From positions 248,001-312,000 of the forward strand of contig JALMLS010000064.1 in the NCBI GenBank assembly GCA_038496445.1: a stretch of DNA of 64,000 nt, read 5' to 3'. Numbering within the stretch: the stretch's first letter is position 1; every line of letters begins with the position of its first letter. The position numbers and the translations under genes are program-made. This document shows positions 48,882 through 61,300 of this stretch, in pieces. This stretch comes from Trichosphaerium sp. ATCC 40318 (Eukaryota; Protista; Tubulinea). The notes beneath the pieces are model-generated. The model worked only from the letters and a program-made list of their open reading frames with translations. It was not told the DNA's origin and made no database searches.

Positions 48882-51800
48882 ATGAGCAAAGCAGCTACAA
48901 AGAAGCAATCAAGCAGAATCTCTGTTGATACTACAACCAATGCAGTAACAACGCTTGGAAATAAAATACCAGATAGACACCAAAAAACAATCAATGAGAT
49001 AAAACAATTTCTTGGTGATAGTTTAGATAAAAACCGCTGGCATGATTATGATATATACGAAGTCCTACAACGTAATTCATACAATCCAGATAGAACGGTG
49101 GATGCTCTGTCCAATAGTATGCGCTTTTAAGCGATTTCAACACATCTGTTTCTTACCGCTCTCTAGGCACAGCTGAACCGAACCAATGGAACACAGTTGC
49201 CAAGAAGAAGCCAAAGGTATTATTTCATGGCAATTTGAGCCGAGATCGTTTCTTTACGCGTTGACTGGTTTTAAATGTGCTTAGGCAAAGCAAGAATACT
49301 CGTATACACAAACAAAGTCATCAAACGGTGGCTCTGAATATAGAAATGACAGAGGGACAGGATCACGACACAGAAATGCGCATTCGCGTGAAGGTGGTAA
49401 CAGACAAGCAGCGAAAGGTACCTGGGCGCTCTCGCGTCAAATTAAAACTTTCCTCAAATTCCAAAACACCTCAAAACTCTTACAACGCTTTTCATCGCGT
49501 ATTTTGGCTGCTTTTTTGCTTTTTCCACGCTTCTTCGACAATTCATTGATCCTTCAAAGGAAACCGCTCCAACGACAGATACGACAACCGCCAAGGCCGT
49601 TATAACAGTACGCATTCTACAGCATGCTTCTTAGTGGTTCCTTTTTGATTGTTTGCATAGATTCAAACAATTATCGCTCCGGTGGTTCCGGACGTGGCAA
49701 TCGTGATAATGGCAGAGACAGCGGTCGCGGAAATAGGTAAGAATTACAGGCATTTCCACACGTTTTCCTAAATAGGGTTCTTACTGAATATCAACGCAAG
49801 ACACGTTGCATTATTTTTTTACCTCTTTTTTTGTGTAAAAGTTAGCGTTTACTGAAAATACAATTTATGTACTGCAAGTATTTGTTTTTGACATGTATGT
49901 GTTTAATAGAGGTCGTGGTGAATATCGTGGAAATAATGACAGAAGAAACAATAAATCTAATCAAGGAAGAGTGCAACGTGATAACAAAGACAGAAGAGAT
50001 GATAGACGTGAAGATAGACGTGAAGATAGACGTGAAGATAGACGCGATGATAGACGTGAAGATAGACGTGAAGATAGACGTGACGATAATAATAACAGAA
50101 GGGATGATAGAAGAGAAGATAAAAGAAGTGAAGATAGAGATGGTGGCAGAAACAATCGTTCTAGAGGAAGAGGTACTGATTGTTGTAAAATATTTTATTT
50201 AGTTTCACTTGCATTACAATTTTTGGCAAAAATGAGTTCACAAGGGAGATGAGTTTTAATAAATTATGTAGGCGGACCAAACGGACCGCGATCTCGCAAA
50301 GGCCCTGCGCCTCGCCAAAACGCAGGCGGAGCACCTGCACGTTCAAACGGTAACACTGGTGGAAGATCGAATAATGGAAACAAAGGTATGCAAAATAGTC
50401 TTTGTAGAAATTTTTTGGATACGCACTGGGAATCTTGCAATATAGTAGAATTCCATGAAATATAATTTTTTATTTACTTTGCAAGCAGGCAGAAGTGCGC
50501 CTAAACAAGCCTGGCTACCAAAACAAGATACAAAACAACCTACAGAGCTTCCTGAAGAGACACAACAGCCACAATTTACAGAGCAACCTACAAGCACACC
50601 TGAAATGCAACAACAACCAAAGCAAGAAGTCGCAGCAGTACAACCAACTACTACACAACCAGAACCTACACACACAGAACCAGAGCCTCTTCCAGAGCCT
50701 GTACGTATTTTTTCTCACGTTGTAGCTTGTTTGCCGATTTCAAAAAGCGTGACGTGGCATTTTTAGGTTAACACAGCCGCTTCGCGGTCCCTTCTTCCTC
50801 CTGGCTTAGATAATTATGAAGATGATGATGCCTTGAGTTTTGGATCATTTGGCGCCCCAAGAGGTGCTGCCCCAGTCCAACCACAGCAACCACAAGTGCT
50901 ATTACACAAAAAAGAGAACGAACTAGAGTTAGAACAACGCTCCAATGAGTTGGAAGCACAAAACATGACCCAGCAACCACCTCAACAGCAAACACAACCA
51001 AACGTTGAAGAAAAGGATATGCGTCAACAACAGCAACCACAGGCCCCACAACAACGTGTAAAACAAGAGAATGTACAACAGCAGCCTCCACAACAGCAAC
51101 CAAACGCACAACACCCACAGCACATGGGTACGCCATTGCCAGAATATTCAATGGAACTATTTACTCATTTTCATTATTTAGCTGGACCACCTGGATCTCT
51201 TCCACCAAATCAACCTGGCATGGGACAACCTATTCGTGGACCATATTATCAAGGCGGTATGCCACCACCAAACTTCCAGATGCGTTACAGAGCTGGATAC
51301 CACGATGATGCGCGATTTTTTGAACAACAGGTAAAAAACAAATATTGTTTTTTAATCCTATTTCCTTGGGTTACTTTCAAAAAATTTTTATTTTTACACG
51401 TGCCAATGATAGAATAACACAGGTTTCCAATGATATTTATGATTATAAAATCCCACTGAGCCACTTTTTTTTAAAACTATTTCATCATTTCTCTCAAAAT
51501 TTTTTTTTTGTTATTTTTTTCTTACACGTATCAGCATAATCTACCTGGCCAGTCTCATCCAAGTAACATGTCTCATCCTAACAATGGACCACACCCAAGC
51601 TTGGGCCACCCAAATAACTTCCAAGACTCTCAGAATAACTTTGAACAACGTGGTCCTGCTCCTGATAAATTCAATGCTAACAGCAATGATGCCTCTCACC
51701 AACAAGAAGGTATGCAATCTCACTTCATTATCCCTCTTTTTTTTTCTCGTTTTTTGTTTTGGTTTTGGCTACAACAGTTTTTCGATATGCGATGATAGAA

Positions 51801-52988
51801 TAACACAGGTTTCCAATGACTTTATGATTATGAAATCCCACTGAGTTTATACAACTTTTATTTTTACTACATGTTTGATATTTCGCTTTGTTGTTGGTTC
51901 TTATTTCGTTACAGGTCAACCAAGTGCTTCTCCTCAACAACAAGGTATGCCATATGGTAACCTACATGGTGGTCAAGGTATGCCTGGAATGCCACAGTCT
52001 CAGTATGGACAAAACATGGGTTATCCAGCTTATCCACCATTCATGAACAACCACTATGGCGGTACGTTAATATTTTATTTTTATTGCGTCGTAATGTGCT
52101 TATTTTTATCGTAAGGTTATCATCCAGCACAACCAGGTAATTACCCATTCCCACGTGTTTTCCCACCATTCCACGGTGGCCCAAAACATAATGCTGGTTA
52201 TGGTAACAACTTTGGACCACAACCTGGTATTGCTGGACCTTCAGGTTCTCCTGGTCCTGCTCAGGGTATGCCTGCAAATCATGGTAACAACCCACCACCA
52301 TCAGGTTATCAGCAAGGTACCATGGACGCCAGAAATGCTCGTACGCCATTTTCTGGCCACTTCTTCATATACTTGATTCCAAAAAACATTTTTCTTCATT
52401 CTCTTTTTTTTTTTTTGTGTCGGTTTGCGATGATAGAATAACACAGGTTTCCAATGACTTTATGATTATAAAATCCCACTGAGTTTTAACGACATTCGCG
52501 CAATTTTTTTTTGCTGTAACACGCTTGCGTTCATTGTTATTTACACTATTATGTAGGCGCTTATGGAGGTCAACCAGGTGATGAAGAGTACCAAGCTGTA
52601 AAGGGTAACGCACCATATGGTGGAGCCTACAATAACCCAGGGCCACCACCTGGCATGGACACCAGAGAGCAACCTGCAAATAACAACACACAACAAGGGG
52701 GAAAACAGAATCCACGTAACGGCGCTCATATGCAATCTAATGAGGTCATTGGCCAATTCAATGGCGATCGTAGCCAACAGTACGGTTCTTCTGATCCATA
52801 CTCCTTTTATGGTACGTTTTGAATTGATTTATTTTCTTATTGTTTTCTTCGTTCTTATTTGTTTTCTAGGCCAAGCAAGCTTCCAAATGCAACCGCCAAA
52901 TATGATGATGTACGGTAACCCTTCACCTCACTCATCTCCAAAAGTGTACACAGCAAACCAACAAGGTAATCACTACGCCTCTAAATAA
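48882..52988 (+). CDS. UBAP2/Lingerer/GIP1-like protein (UBA-like N-terminus, RG/RD-rich, Q/P/G-rich tail)
   Basis: IPDRHQKTINEIKQF...DIYEVL...YNPDRTVDAL, WNTVAKKK and LSFGSFG motifs typical of this family. Confidence 0.7.
50001..50083 (+). repeat. Coding 12-bp tandem repeat (GATAGACGTGAA)n encoding DRRE
   Basis: About 7 near-perfect units inside an exon. Confidence 0.9.
51405..51460 (+). ncRNA. Intronic box C/D snoRNA-like RNA, copy 1
   Basis: ATGATAG (C) ... ATGA (D') ... ATGATTA (C') ... CTGA (D); near-identical to copies 2 and 3. Confidence 0.7.
51791..51845 (+). ncRNA. Intronic box C/D snoRNA-like RNA, copy 2
   Basis: Same ~54-nt boxed sequence in the next intron. Confidence 0.7.
52429..52483 (+). 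ncRNA. Intronic box C/D snoRNA-like RNA, copy 3
   Basis: Same boxed sequence, with a flanking TGTCG/CGACA stem. Confidence 0.72.
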
Positions 52989-53433
52989 GGAGGTTGTTTG
53001 TTTATCAATGGTTTTGTCGTTCTCTTTTTTTTTTCTTCTTTTCAGAAGAGATATGGGGGAACAAACTCTTGTAATTCTGTGAATGGTATTTGGGTAGATT
53101 CTTTTTTGTGCGCTTAACTTGGAACACACTTTTGGCCTTTTGTAATGGTCGAGTGTTTCCAAACATAAGTTTGTAGCGTATGTATAACGCTATTACTCGT
53201 GTATTTTATTGTAAATTCAACATGCCAAAAATCTTCAAAATACAAAAAACACAGCAAACATTTAAAAAAAACAGTAGCCTACGTTCTTTTATTGTCCTTA
53301 TGGTATTTGTGAGAGTTACTTAAAATGAAAATTATCCTTTTCTGCTCGAAGAAATCGCTCTCTACTTAACTTTTTTTTTGTGTTTGAACAATCTCAGAGG
53401 TTTGTTGCTTCACAATTGACGCAAGTTACGCCC

Positions 53434-53528
53434 ACGACTACAATCTTGTCACCCACTACAACGCAAACGTGGGCTTCCCGCGCATTTGGGGCATTGTCAA
53501 TTTTGTTGTCGTTCCATGTTAGTTCCAT
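53434..53528 (-). pseudogene. Orphan first exon of a Kelch-repeat gene
   Basis: MELTWNDNKIDNAPNAREAHVCVVVGDKIVVVG then a GTAACT donor; no further Kelch exons before the neighbouring gene's 3' end. Confidence 0.55.
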
Positions 53529-53695
53529 GTCGTTAGGTATTGCCAAATAGACGTTATTTGTTATGTCGCACGTTCAGGTCACTTTGTGTCGTATTATCTA
53601 CTGTTTCTTGTGAAAAGTGGCAAAATTTCAAAACCACAATAATTTTGTGATGCTCTTTCACTAATATTTAAGCACTTTGTTTTCCTTTTTTAACC

Positions 53696-53816
53696 GATGA
53701 GCCACGGGGTGTAGTCACTTGGGACACATCGACGAAATATTTGTCCCTTATTTGCCGGCCTCCGACGGCTGGAGGCGTTGAATGGATTGCATTCCCAATT
53801 CGATACTCATCTTTTT
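53696..53816 (+). ncRNA. Putative structured Pol III small RNA of unknown family
   Basis: GC-rich island; terminal stem GATGAG/CTCATC directly followed by TTTTT; internal hairpins GGGACA/TGTCCC, GCCTCC/GGAGGC, GAATG/CATTC. Confidence 0.4.
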
Positions 53817-54071
53817 GTTTTTTTGACTACGCCAGAATGGAAAAAATCACGCAAATACGTTCAGTCACTGAGTTTAAACGTAAATTACAATTTTTGAGTT
53901 AACTTTCAAACCTGCACGTGTTCACATGTGAAAAATTGTGAGTTGACAATATGGTACGAAGTAAAACAGTGAGTTGTGGGAGCAAGGTATGTTAATGGCC
54001 ACTCATTTACAAGCCATTTTCTTTTCTTTTTTTATTTCTGCTCTACATTTTACTTTTTACAATCTTTATCC

Positions 54072-56154
54072 TCAAACATCAGCGATTTTACCTGACTCTT
54101 CAGAAGAAGTGCCATCAGATCCCTTTTCAGTTATTGAAGCTTTCAATTCTTCTGAAGGTTTATCAGACATCTTTTCAGATGCTGAAGCTTTCTCGTCTTT
54201 ATCTTCATCAGAAGGTTTATCAGAAACCTTATCGGTTGATGAAGCTTTTTCTTCGAATCCATTGGTTTCATTTCCACTAGCTGCAGCATCTTTTCCTTGT
54301 TGGCTCAATGCTGGAAGGTATTGTGCAGCTGGAAGAGGATACTTTTTTGAGTAATATCTCATCTTCAGGGATCCAATATAAGACACTGTGAAAAAAAATG
54401 CTAGCGAAACAGTCACAAGAACTAAAGAGAAGACATTAGTTACATTGATAAAAACCAAGTCAACTGCTGGGCTGGATGTCCAGTATGTAAAAATATGTCA
54501 TGGCGAACGTACCAACAGTTGTGATTATCAAAGGCACATTCAAAGGTACAATGATACAAGCGAGCACAAACTGTGTAACATCCGTAATGTATACAAAAGA
54601 AGCCAATACTTGTCTATGCAAGAAAGATGAAACAAAGGCTCCCACGGGAGCACCTATTGTTACAATAGGTACAGACGCCTAATTAAAACTATTAGAAAAG
54701 CTATACATAACAATAAAATGTGAAGCTCGAAGTGAAGGCAACTTACCGCCCAAAAATGCCATGTTTCACTTGCAATACCATTTTCACCTCTCATTACTAC
54801 AGCTCTGTAAAAAAATCCAGCGCACGTGTTAATTGCCATAAGCACAACTACAATCTTGTTAGTTTTGTTCCATACTTTCTTGTTAATAAGTTCTTACCAG
54901 AAGTGGGTGTGGCGGTCTTTTCTGTGACACGATAGTACAGCGTCAGAATAGAGAAAGTTGCAATATCCAATCCCGAGCCTGAAATAGCAGATAGAACACC
55001 ACCTACAACGCCAACAAAGAATAAAGATATCCACTGAAGTACACTAGGATTCTTTATTGTCATGTGAGTGCGTCGGTGACGCTGACAGTTCAAGTAAAGG
55101 AGGTTCAAAGCGAAAGCAAGCCAAATGCTAAAAATAATGGATTTAAGTACTTGCTGATTTGATGGTTGTCAAAGTACCTCACAAATACCATCTTACTGTA
55201 ATCAGAAGGCATGGCAGGTGCTACCCACTGCAATCCTATTATAACGCCGACAAGTCCACCAATAGTGCAGAAAATAACAGCCGTTTTCTGAATAAAAAGT
55301 CAAAACAAGGTGTTCGAACAGAAACTGTTTTTTTCATTCGTTGCGTACCTCAACGAGTAGTTTGGAGTACCAAATAGTGAATGACGCAGACGTCATTCCG
55401 ATACTTTGAATCATAAGAGAAAAATCACGTGCAACTGATGCAGGAAGGCCTAAAAGAGAGCATTAAGCCTAACAACCCCAAGAACAATAAAAATAAACCA
55501 AAAAACAAACCAATTCATAGAGAAAAGCGAGAACGCACCCAAAATTAAAGTCATTACAGGAAATGCAATAGATCCACCTCCTTCAGAAGTAGCTCCCGCT
55601 ATCATTGATCCAAAAAGCTAAACAAAGGAGACAACATTAGTGAACAACCAAACGAGAAAAATGAACATCTTTCAAGATATTGAACAGGCAAATGAACATC
55701 CCAAAACCAACAAAAAAAAGATAGCACTTTAGCAAATAGGACTTGTCATAAAAATTAAAAAGTTCTTTGTTTTCGAATGTCGTACCATTGTGATAGTTAG
55801 TTTCCATCCTGGAACGCCAGTTTTAGGTTCTTTCCCAAAAGCCTTCCAGTTATTCGTTGCTGTCATTACTATGCCCCATATGACGCAAACGAGTATCAGT
55901 GGTACTACCACAGTTACCCAGTAAGGTCTTTGGTACCAAAAATTGGCTGTAAACCAGTTAGCGTCCGCTGGCGGGGCCTCTTTTGGCTTTGTAAGTGTTT
56001 GCCCATAGAAGAAGTACTTCTTGAACCACTCCGTAGGAGTACGCCAAGACTTTGGGTCTTTCCATCGATGTTTGACAACAGGAGCGCCATCTTTTTGAAC
56101 TTCCAATGGTTGTTTAAGTATGTATTGTACATCACCATTAGACGCTTTCTCCAT
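54072..56154 (-). CDS. Sulfite exporter TauE/SafE family membrane protein
   Basis: FGSMIAGATSEGGGSIAFPVMTL, ARDFSLMIQSIGMT, GGVLSAISGSGLDI, EKTATPTS, VTIGAPVGAF. Confidence 0.9.
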
Positions 56155-57000
56155 CGATGGCTTCTCTGTTTCTAGAGGAGGAGCTGTACCAGTTGAATCG
56201 GTAACCTGCACGAGTGAGAATTGCAAACAGGGAATAAGCAAACCGAAGAGAGGCTGGTCATCGTGTATACTGAGTACTAGAATAGTGTAATTACCTGTCA
56301 AATGCCTTGAACGTCATATTCGATCAAACCAGCTGTTCAAGCTTTGAAGACCTCCGTACATTGTTCCCTAATGTACTAGAAGTTATATTACTTAGAAATA
56401 CGATAGCAATTAAATCATTGCAATTACCAAAGCGAGACTTCTGTGAACGGAGGTGCTTGGTATTCTCGATATCGCGTAGTATCAAATCGCTACAGGTTCC
56501 ATGGAAACAGTTGTACATCGTTGTGGTGCGTTGTTCTATCTATAATAGTTCATCGGGATCAAGGACCAGATTTTGTATTTGGTCTGCATCGCTTGCAACT
56601 ACACTTACTGCGAATAGAACGTTGCGCAATAACGCTATAGAGCGACAATAGTACATCGACATTCGATAAAAACGCGTATGTACACGCAGTTAACAAAATA
56701 TTAGAAGTTTGTTTCAGTACGGGTTTTTTGAAGCTCAAACCAAGCTCACATCTACTGTTCAAATGTAGAAGCTAGGATGCCAATGCGCAATAGTCAAAAA
56801 GACTGCTATTTAGTACAATCAAGGTATCCGCTGAATCATTCCAAGCACAAAGCGCGGAAAACAGAAATCACGTGCGAACCAAAAAAAAAGCGGGGAAATG
56901 GAGTAATTAAGTTGGCCTAGAACCTAAGGAGCCTTCATTTATTACGCTGTATACCAACAACAAAGCCTGGCGAATTCCTTTTTCGAATCTAGACGTAAAA

Positions 57001-57980
57001 ATGGTACGAGCATACAAACTATTTCGCTTTTATCGCAGTTTTGTGCCAACAACTCTCTTAGGTGTCAAATTCTTTAGTAATCTTTGTTCTTTTCGCATGC
57101 GCTTCGTCTCTCGCACTATCTCTTGACCCAAGTGCACCGCCTGGAAAAAACTTTGTCCTTTCTAACTGGAAACTTACTCTTCCTGATGCTTCAGTATCAA
57201 ATATCTTACCTGCGCAGGTAAAAAGTCAAACCTAACTTTTCCGAAGAAATCTCTTTTTTTTTTGTTTGATTTTTTTTTGTAGTTGTCTGGTGGATACGAG
57301 TCTCAGTATTTCTACACTGATAAATCCGATGGATCTATGACATTCTGGACACCAGCATACGGTGGACACACGCCCAATACTGAATACCCAAGGTCAGAAC
57401 TCAGACAAAGATGCAATCCATCCAGCGACGATTACGTACGAACAGAATTGCGTGCTCCGATGCCAGTTCTAACTTCTGTCATATGCTAGAACTGGAAAAT
57501 TGCCGACAGGAACACAATGAAAGCAACTCTTAGAGCAGATAAGAATGTGACAGCTGAAAAGACTGTTGTACTTCAAATTCACTCATACAACGGACCGCCA
57601 TTGATAAAGGTAGAATGGACCAGTAAGGGAGACTTGTATGCTTTGTACAAGAAGAACCACGCTGGTGACGACGCTCCTAAAGTGCTCTTGGGAAAGGTGA
57701 GTCTTAAACAGAATTAAAACTTAAAAACACGTGCGCGTAACTGCCTTATTAGGTCGGGAATGATAAGTTTGATTTTGAAATAAACGTCGATGCTGGCATA
57801 TTAGAAACATACTTAAACGGAAACAGAACGCTCCAAGTGGATGTCAGTAGTTACTGGAGTGATTACACCAACTTCTTCAAAGCCGGGAATTATCTCCAAT
57901 CTAACACTGGCGATCAGTACTCGATAATTCATTTCTATGCTTTGGCTATAACTAATACTGGTAATTGTGCTAAAGACTAA
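57001..57980 (+). CDS. Secreted polysaccharide lyase family 7 (alginate lyase)
   Basis: Signal peptide, LDPSAPPGKNFVLSNWKLTLP and the PL7 motifs YPRSELR, LQIH and FFKAGNYLQ; 4 introns. Confidence 0.93.
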
Positions 57981-58362
57981 TCAATAAAACGCTCTATCAC
58001 CTCATTCCTATACTTGTTTTCTTTGTTATCCTGCATTTTTTAGAGATAAAAGTGCTTTGAGGTTGCCATAGTGAGGTTTGATTCCCAACGCAAGTAGTTC
58101 AAGAACAAATATCACCATAATTACCATACTAGTGTATCAAACAATCTAGTTTGTTGGTGTGGATTGTAACAAGAAAACTTTGATGTATACTTTTTTTTCT
58201 TGTTTTATTTTAAACCAGAATATACAACACCTCAGTGCGCTGCTACAGCCACTAAGATGTTTTGTCTTTCCTCCCAACCGCTGTCTTAGTTATGTAAAGT
58301 CGGTAGGCAAAGTAACCTTTAATTCTAAAACCAGATAATAGTTTGCTACAAAACACATGATT

Positions 58363-61300
58363 TTACACAATATAGCCAGAAACTTCGTTAAACTGCCAGT
58401 TATTATCCCAGAATCCCGTAGCCGCTACACCGCCTGTACTAGTGTATCTCGCACTACTTGTGAGAACAACTAAAAGAAAATTATGAGTTTGTTGATTTAA
58501 TTACAGAGCAAGCAACTTACGATAATCAGGAACTGTCATTCCGCTTTGGTTAGGGAAAACCTTTGAGGCAAGCTCAAATCCTGGAAAGTCGACACCAGCG
58601 ATGACCATAACGAGACCTTGAGATTTCCAAGGACCAATAAATATAGTTCCAGTACCAGGAGACGTCTTCCAACCAATACTGATGCCGCTTGATGATAATT
58701 TCACTAAATAGTTGTTTTTGATAATGGTTTAATTCGATGTTGTATTACCTGGTAGATCGTTCTGTAATTTAGATGTCCATGCGTTGTCATCAATATTACC
58801 AAGAAGTATAAGATTATACTTATCAGCATCAATACTGCTCAACTCAGTGTCCGCAAAAACTTGAACTAAAAAAAAAGTTGGAAAAAATAGAATTGTTTTG
58901 TTTGCACAAAAAACACGTTTAACAACACGTACCATAACCACCAGAATAAAGGAACCAATCATTAGCTATGATTGTAGCATGTGATAAATATTTTTCCCTC
59001 AAAGAATTATTCTGAGTTCCATAGACAATAGCAAACTTCTTTTCGAGTACTTTTGCAGCAGGTCCGTACTAGAAAGTTACAAGTCATTGTGGGCTTTATT
59101 TTAATTTTTACGGCGTACCTGTTCTGGTGTACGTTCACCACTATTTAAATATGCATTCGTATCACAAACCTTCCAAGGATCACCACGATTAAGTGCACAA
59201 AAATGTACTTTAGGGTAGTGGTTTCCTTGTGAGAAAAAAATCAGAAAAAAGATCTCTCATCTTTAAAAACTCCTTGTTATTTTGCAAACTGTTTTAAAAA
59301 AAGCAAAAGAAAATCCTTGCTTTGATTGAAACTTCTAAAGGTCGCTCAAGTCACCTATTTCTGGTGACACCAAACAGAAAAGTTTGATTTGAACGATATT
59401 TTTTTCGTCCGCAAAAAAATACTGTACCTGCGACTTGCATTCTCTGGCCGCTCTCACTGTCTACAAAATCTCTTGCTGGACCTGATATACTTTAACCTTG
59501 ATACTATTTAAATAGTGTTCAGTACCTCTAGAGTCTTCAACAAAGCCAAAACGTCTGACATTACTTGCTTCTATTGTCCACGAATCTGGCGTATTTTTTA
59601 TAACTTTTATAGACGCTTTTCTAAAAGGCACATAAAGTTGAAGTATTTGTATTGAACCACGTGATCCAGAGCTACCAGGATTAACTGTCACTGTAGTAAA
59701 CTCTTTAGGAAACTCGGGGAGAGGCGCGGCGAGGTGCTTAGTGAAGAATGCCTTGTAAAATAGTAAACCAAAGGGAAAAGCGTTTTTCTTCCTCGAACCT
59801 GGATTTGAGCATCATCCATAGCACCATCCCACCAATGGTGTTCATTAGGTATTTCAGTTATTTCAGGTTCAACAAGACTTCCTCCTAGTTCTCTAATAAT
59901 ACGAACATTCCTTCTAGAATTCCAAGGAGGCACATTCTCATCCAATGCACCATACCTTGCTGCAAAGAAGTCAGTAGCCACCCCACACATGTAACGTAAC
60001 ATACCAAGAAGAGGGATACCAACCATATTGCCTGCGTATACATCTGTATCGTACTCGGTGATTGCAGATTCGACCATACCACGCATAATTTTATCAACAT
60101 GTGCAGCACCAACACTATAATAAAGAATATAAGATAAATTGATGAAAAAAAAAAAACTTAACCGCACCGAGTTGCCATTGGTACATATCTCTCCAATGCT
60201 ATAAACCCAGCAGCTGGTGCAGCTCCAAGAGCTTTATCTGGGTAATGACTAACATATAGCCAGGTACCTGCACCTCCCTAGAAACAGTTTTAAACCAATA
60301 AAAGGAGACATTGTTATCAGCCATACCATTGAATGGCCAGCGTAAAGTACACGTGAGGTATCAACAGAATAAGCTTCTTTTCTCCTTTCATCAAGTCCTG
60401 GGAGTTTCTCTAGTGCTTCAAGAGCACCAAATGAATTGAGTTGACTATGGTAAAGTCAAAAACAAGAAACTCTTACTTTTTGAGTACCTTGGACCATGCC
60501 AATCGAATCCCCATGGCTTTCTTCCTTTGTTTCTCGTCAGTTTCTACAATACATTAAGTAGTTGTACCTGTTGGTAACAGTATCCAGGCATTCGGTTGCT
60601 TATTAAAGGCTCCGACCCAAGCATCGCTAGCAGCGTCTACACCCGCACCATGAAGGCCAAACAGAACCTGAAAAAAAATTCAGAATTTACTTCAAGACAT
60701 TTTCCTTTAGTTTGTTCTATTACGTACTGGAGAACTTCCTGATGGTGCTGTTGGTGGTACAGCCTTTTGATAAAATAATTAGTATATTGTAAAGCAATTG
60801 TTTGTTTTTCTCTTAGACGTACAGCAGCGTATTGAGATGAACCATCATAGTCTTCAAAAGTAAACACAAAAGCATGTCCCAATGGTTTACAATTTATACT
60901 GAGGTCAATACGCTCCTGTGAATGTGCTCCAACGTATAGAGACATTGACCCAGTGATAGAACACAAAGCTAGAGTACGATTTAAGAATATCAAAACAAGG
61001 GCTTCAAGTACGTACCTTCGGCACTAATTGAGATAGAAAACGGTAAGTCTATGGACTGTCCAGGTACTAGCGTAAACATATTGCTTCCAACAACAATCTA
61101 CAAAAATAAAGGTTAACTTGGTATACAGAAATCTAGATGCTTACACTGCTGTTGGTTGATCTGACATGCACATTTTGAAGCATTTCACCAGCAACGTTTA
61201 TGATTCCAATAGAACCAACAGATCCCGCTAACTTAGTTCCATAAATCACATCTGTTATAGCGTCTGGCACCATTGGAGCAGAAACTATCTATACCGAACA

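Noticed and set aside
50001-50083. 12-bp tandem repeat as a non-coding array
   Set aside because: It is in frame within an exon and encodes DRRE repeats.
53412-53503. Plus-strand stems GCCCACG/CGTGGGC and AATTGAC/GTCAATT as an ncRNA
   Set aside because: Better explained as the minus-strand Kelch exon; the stems are probably incidental.
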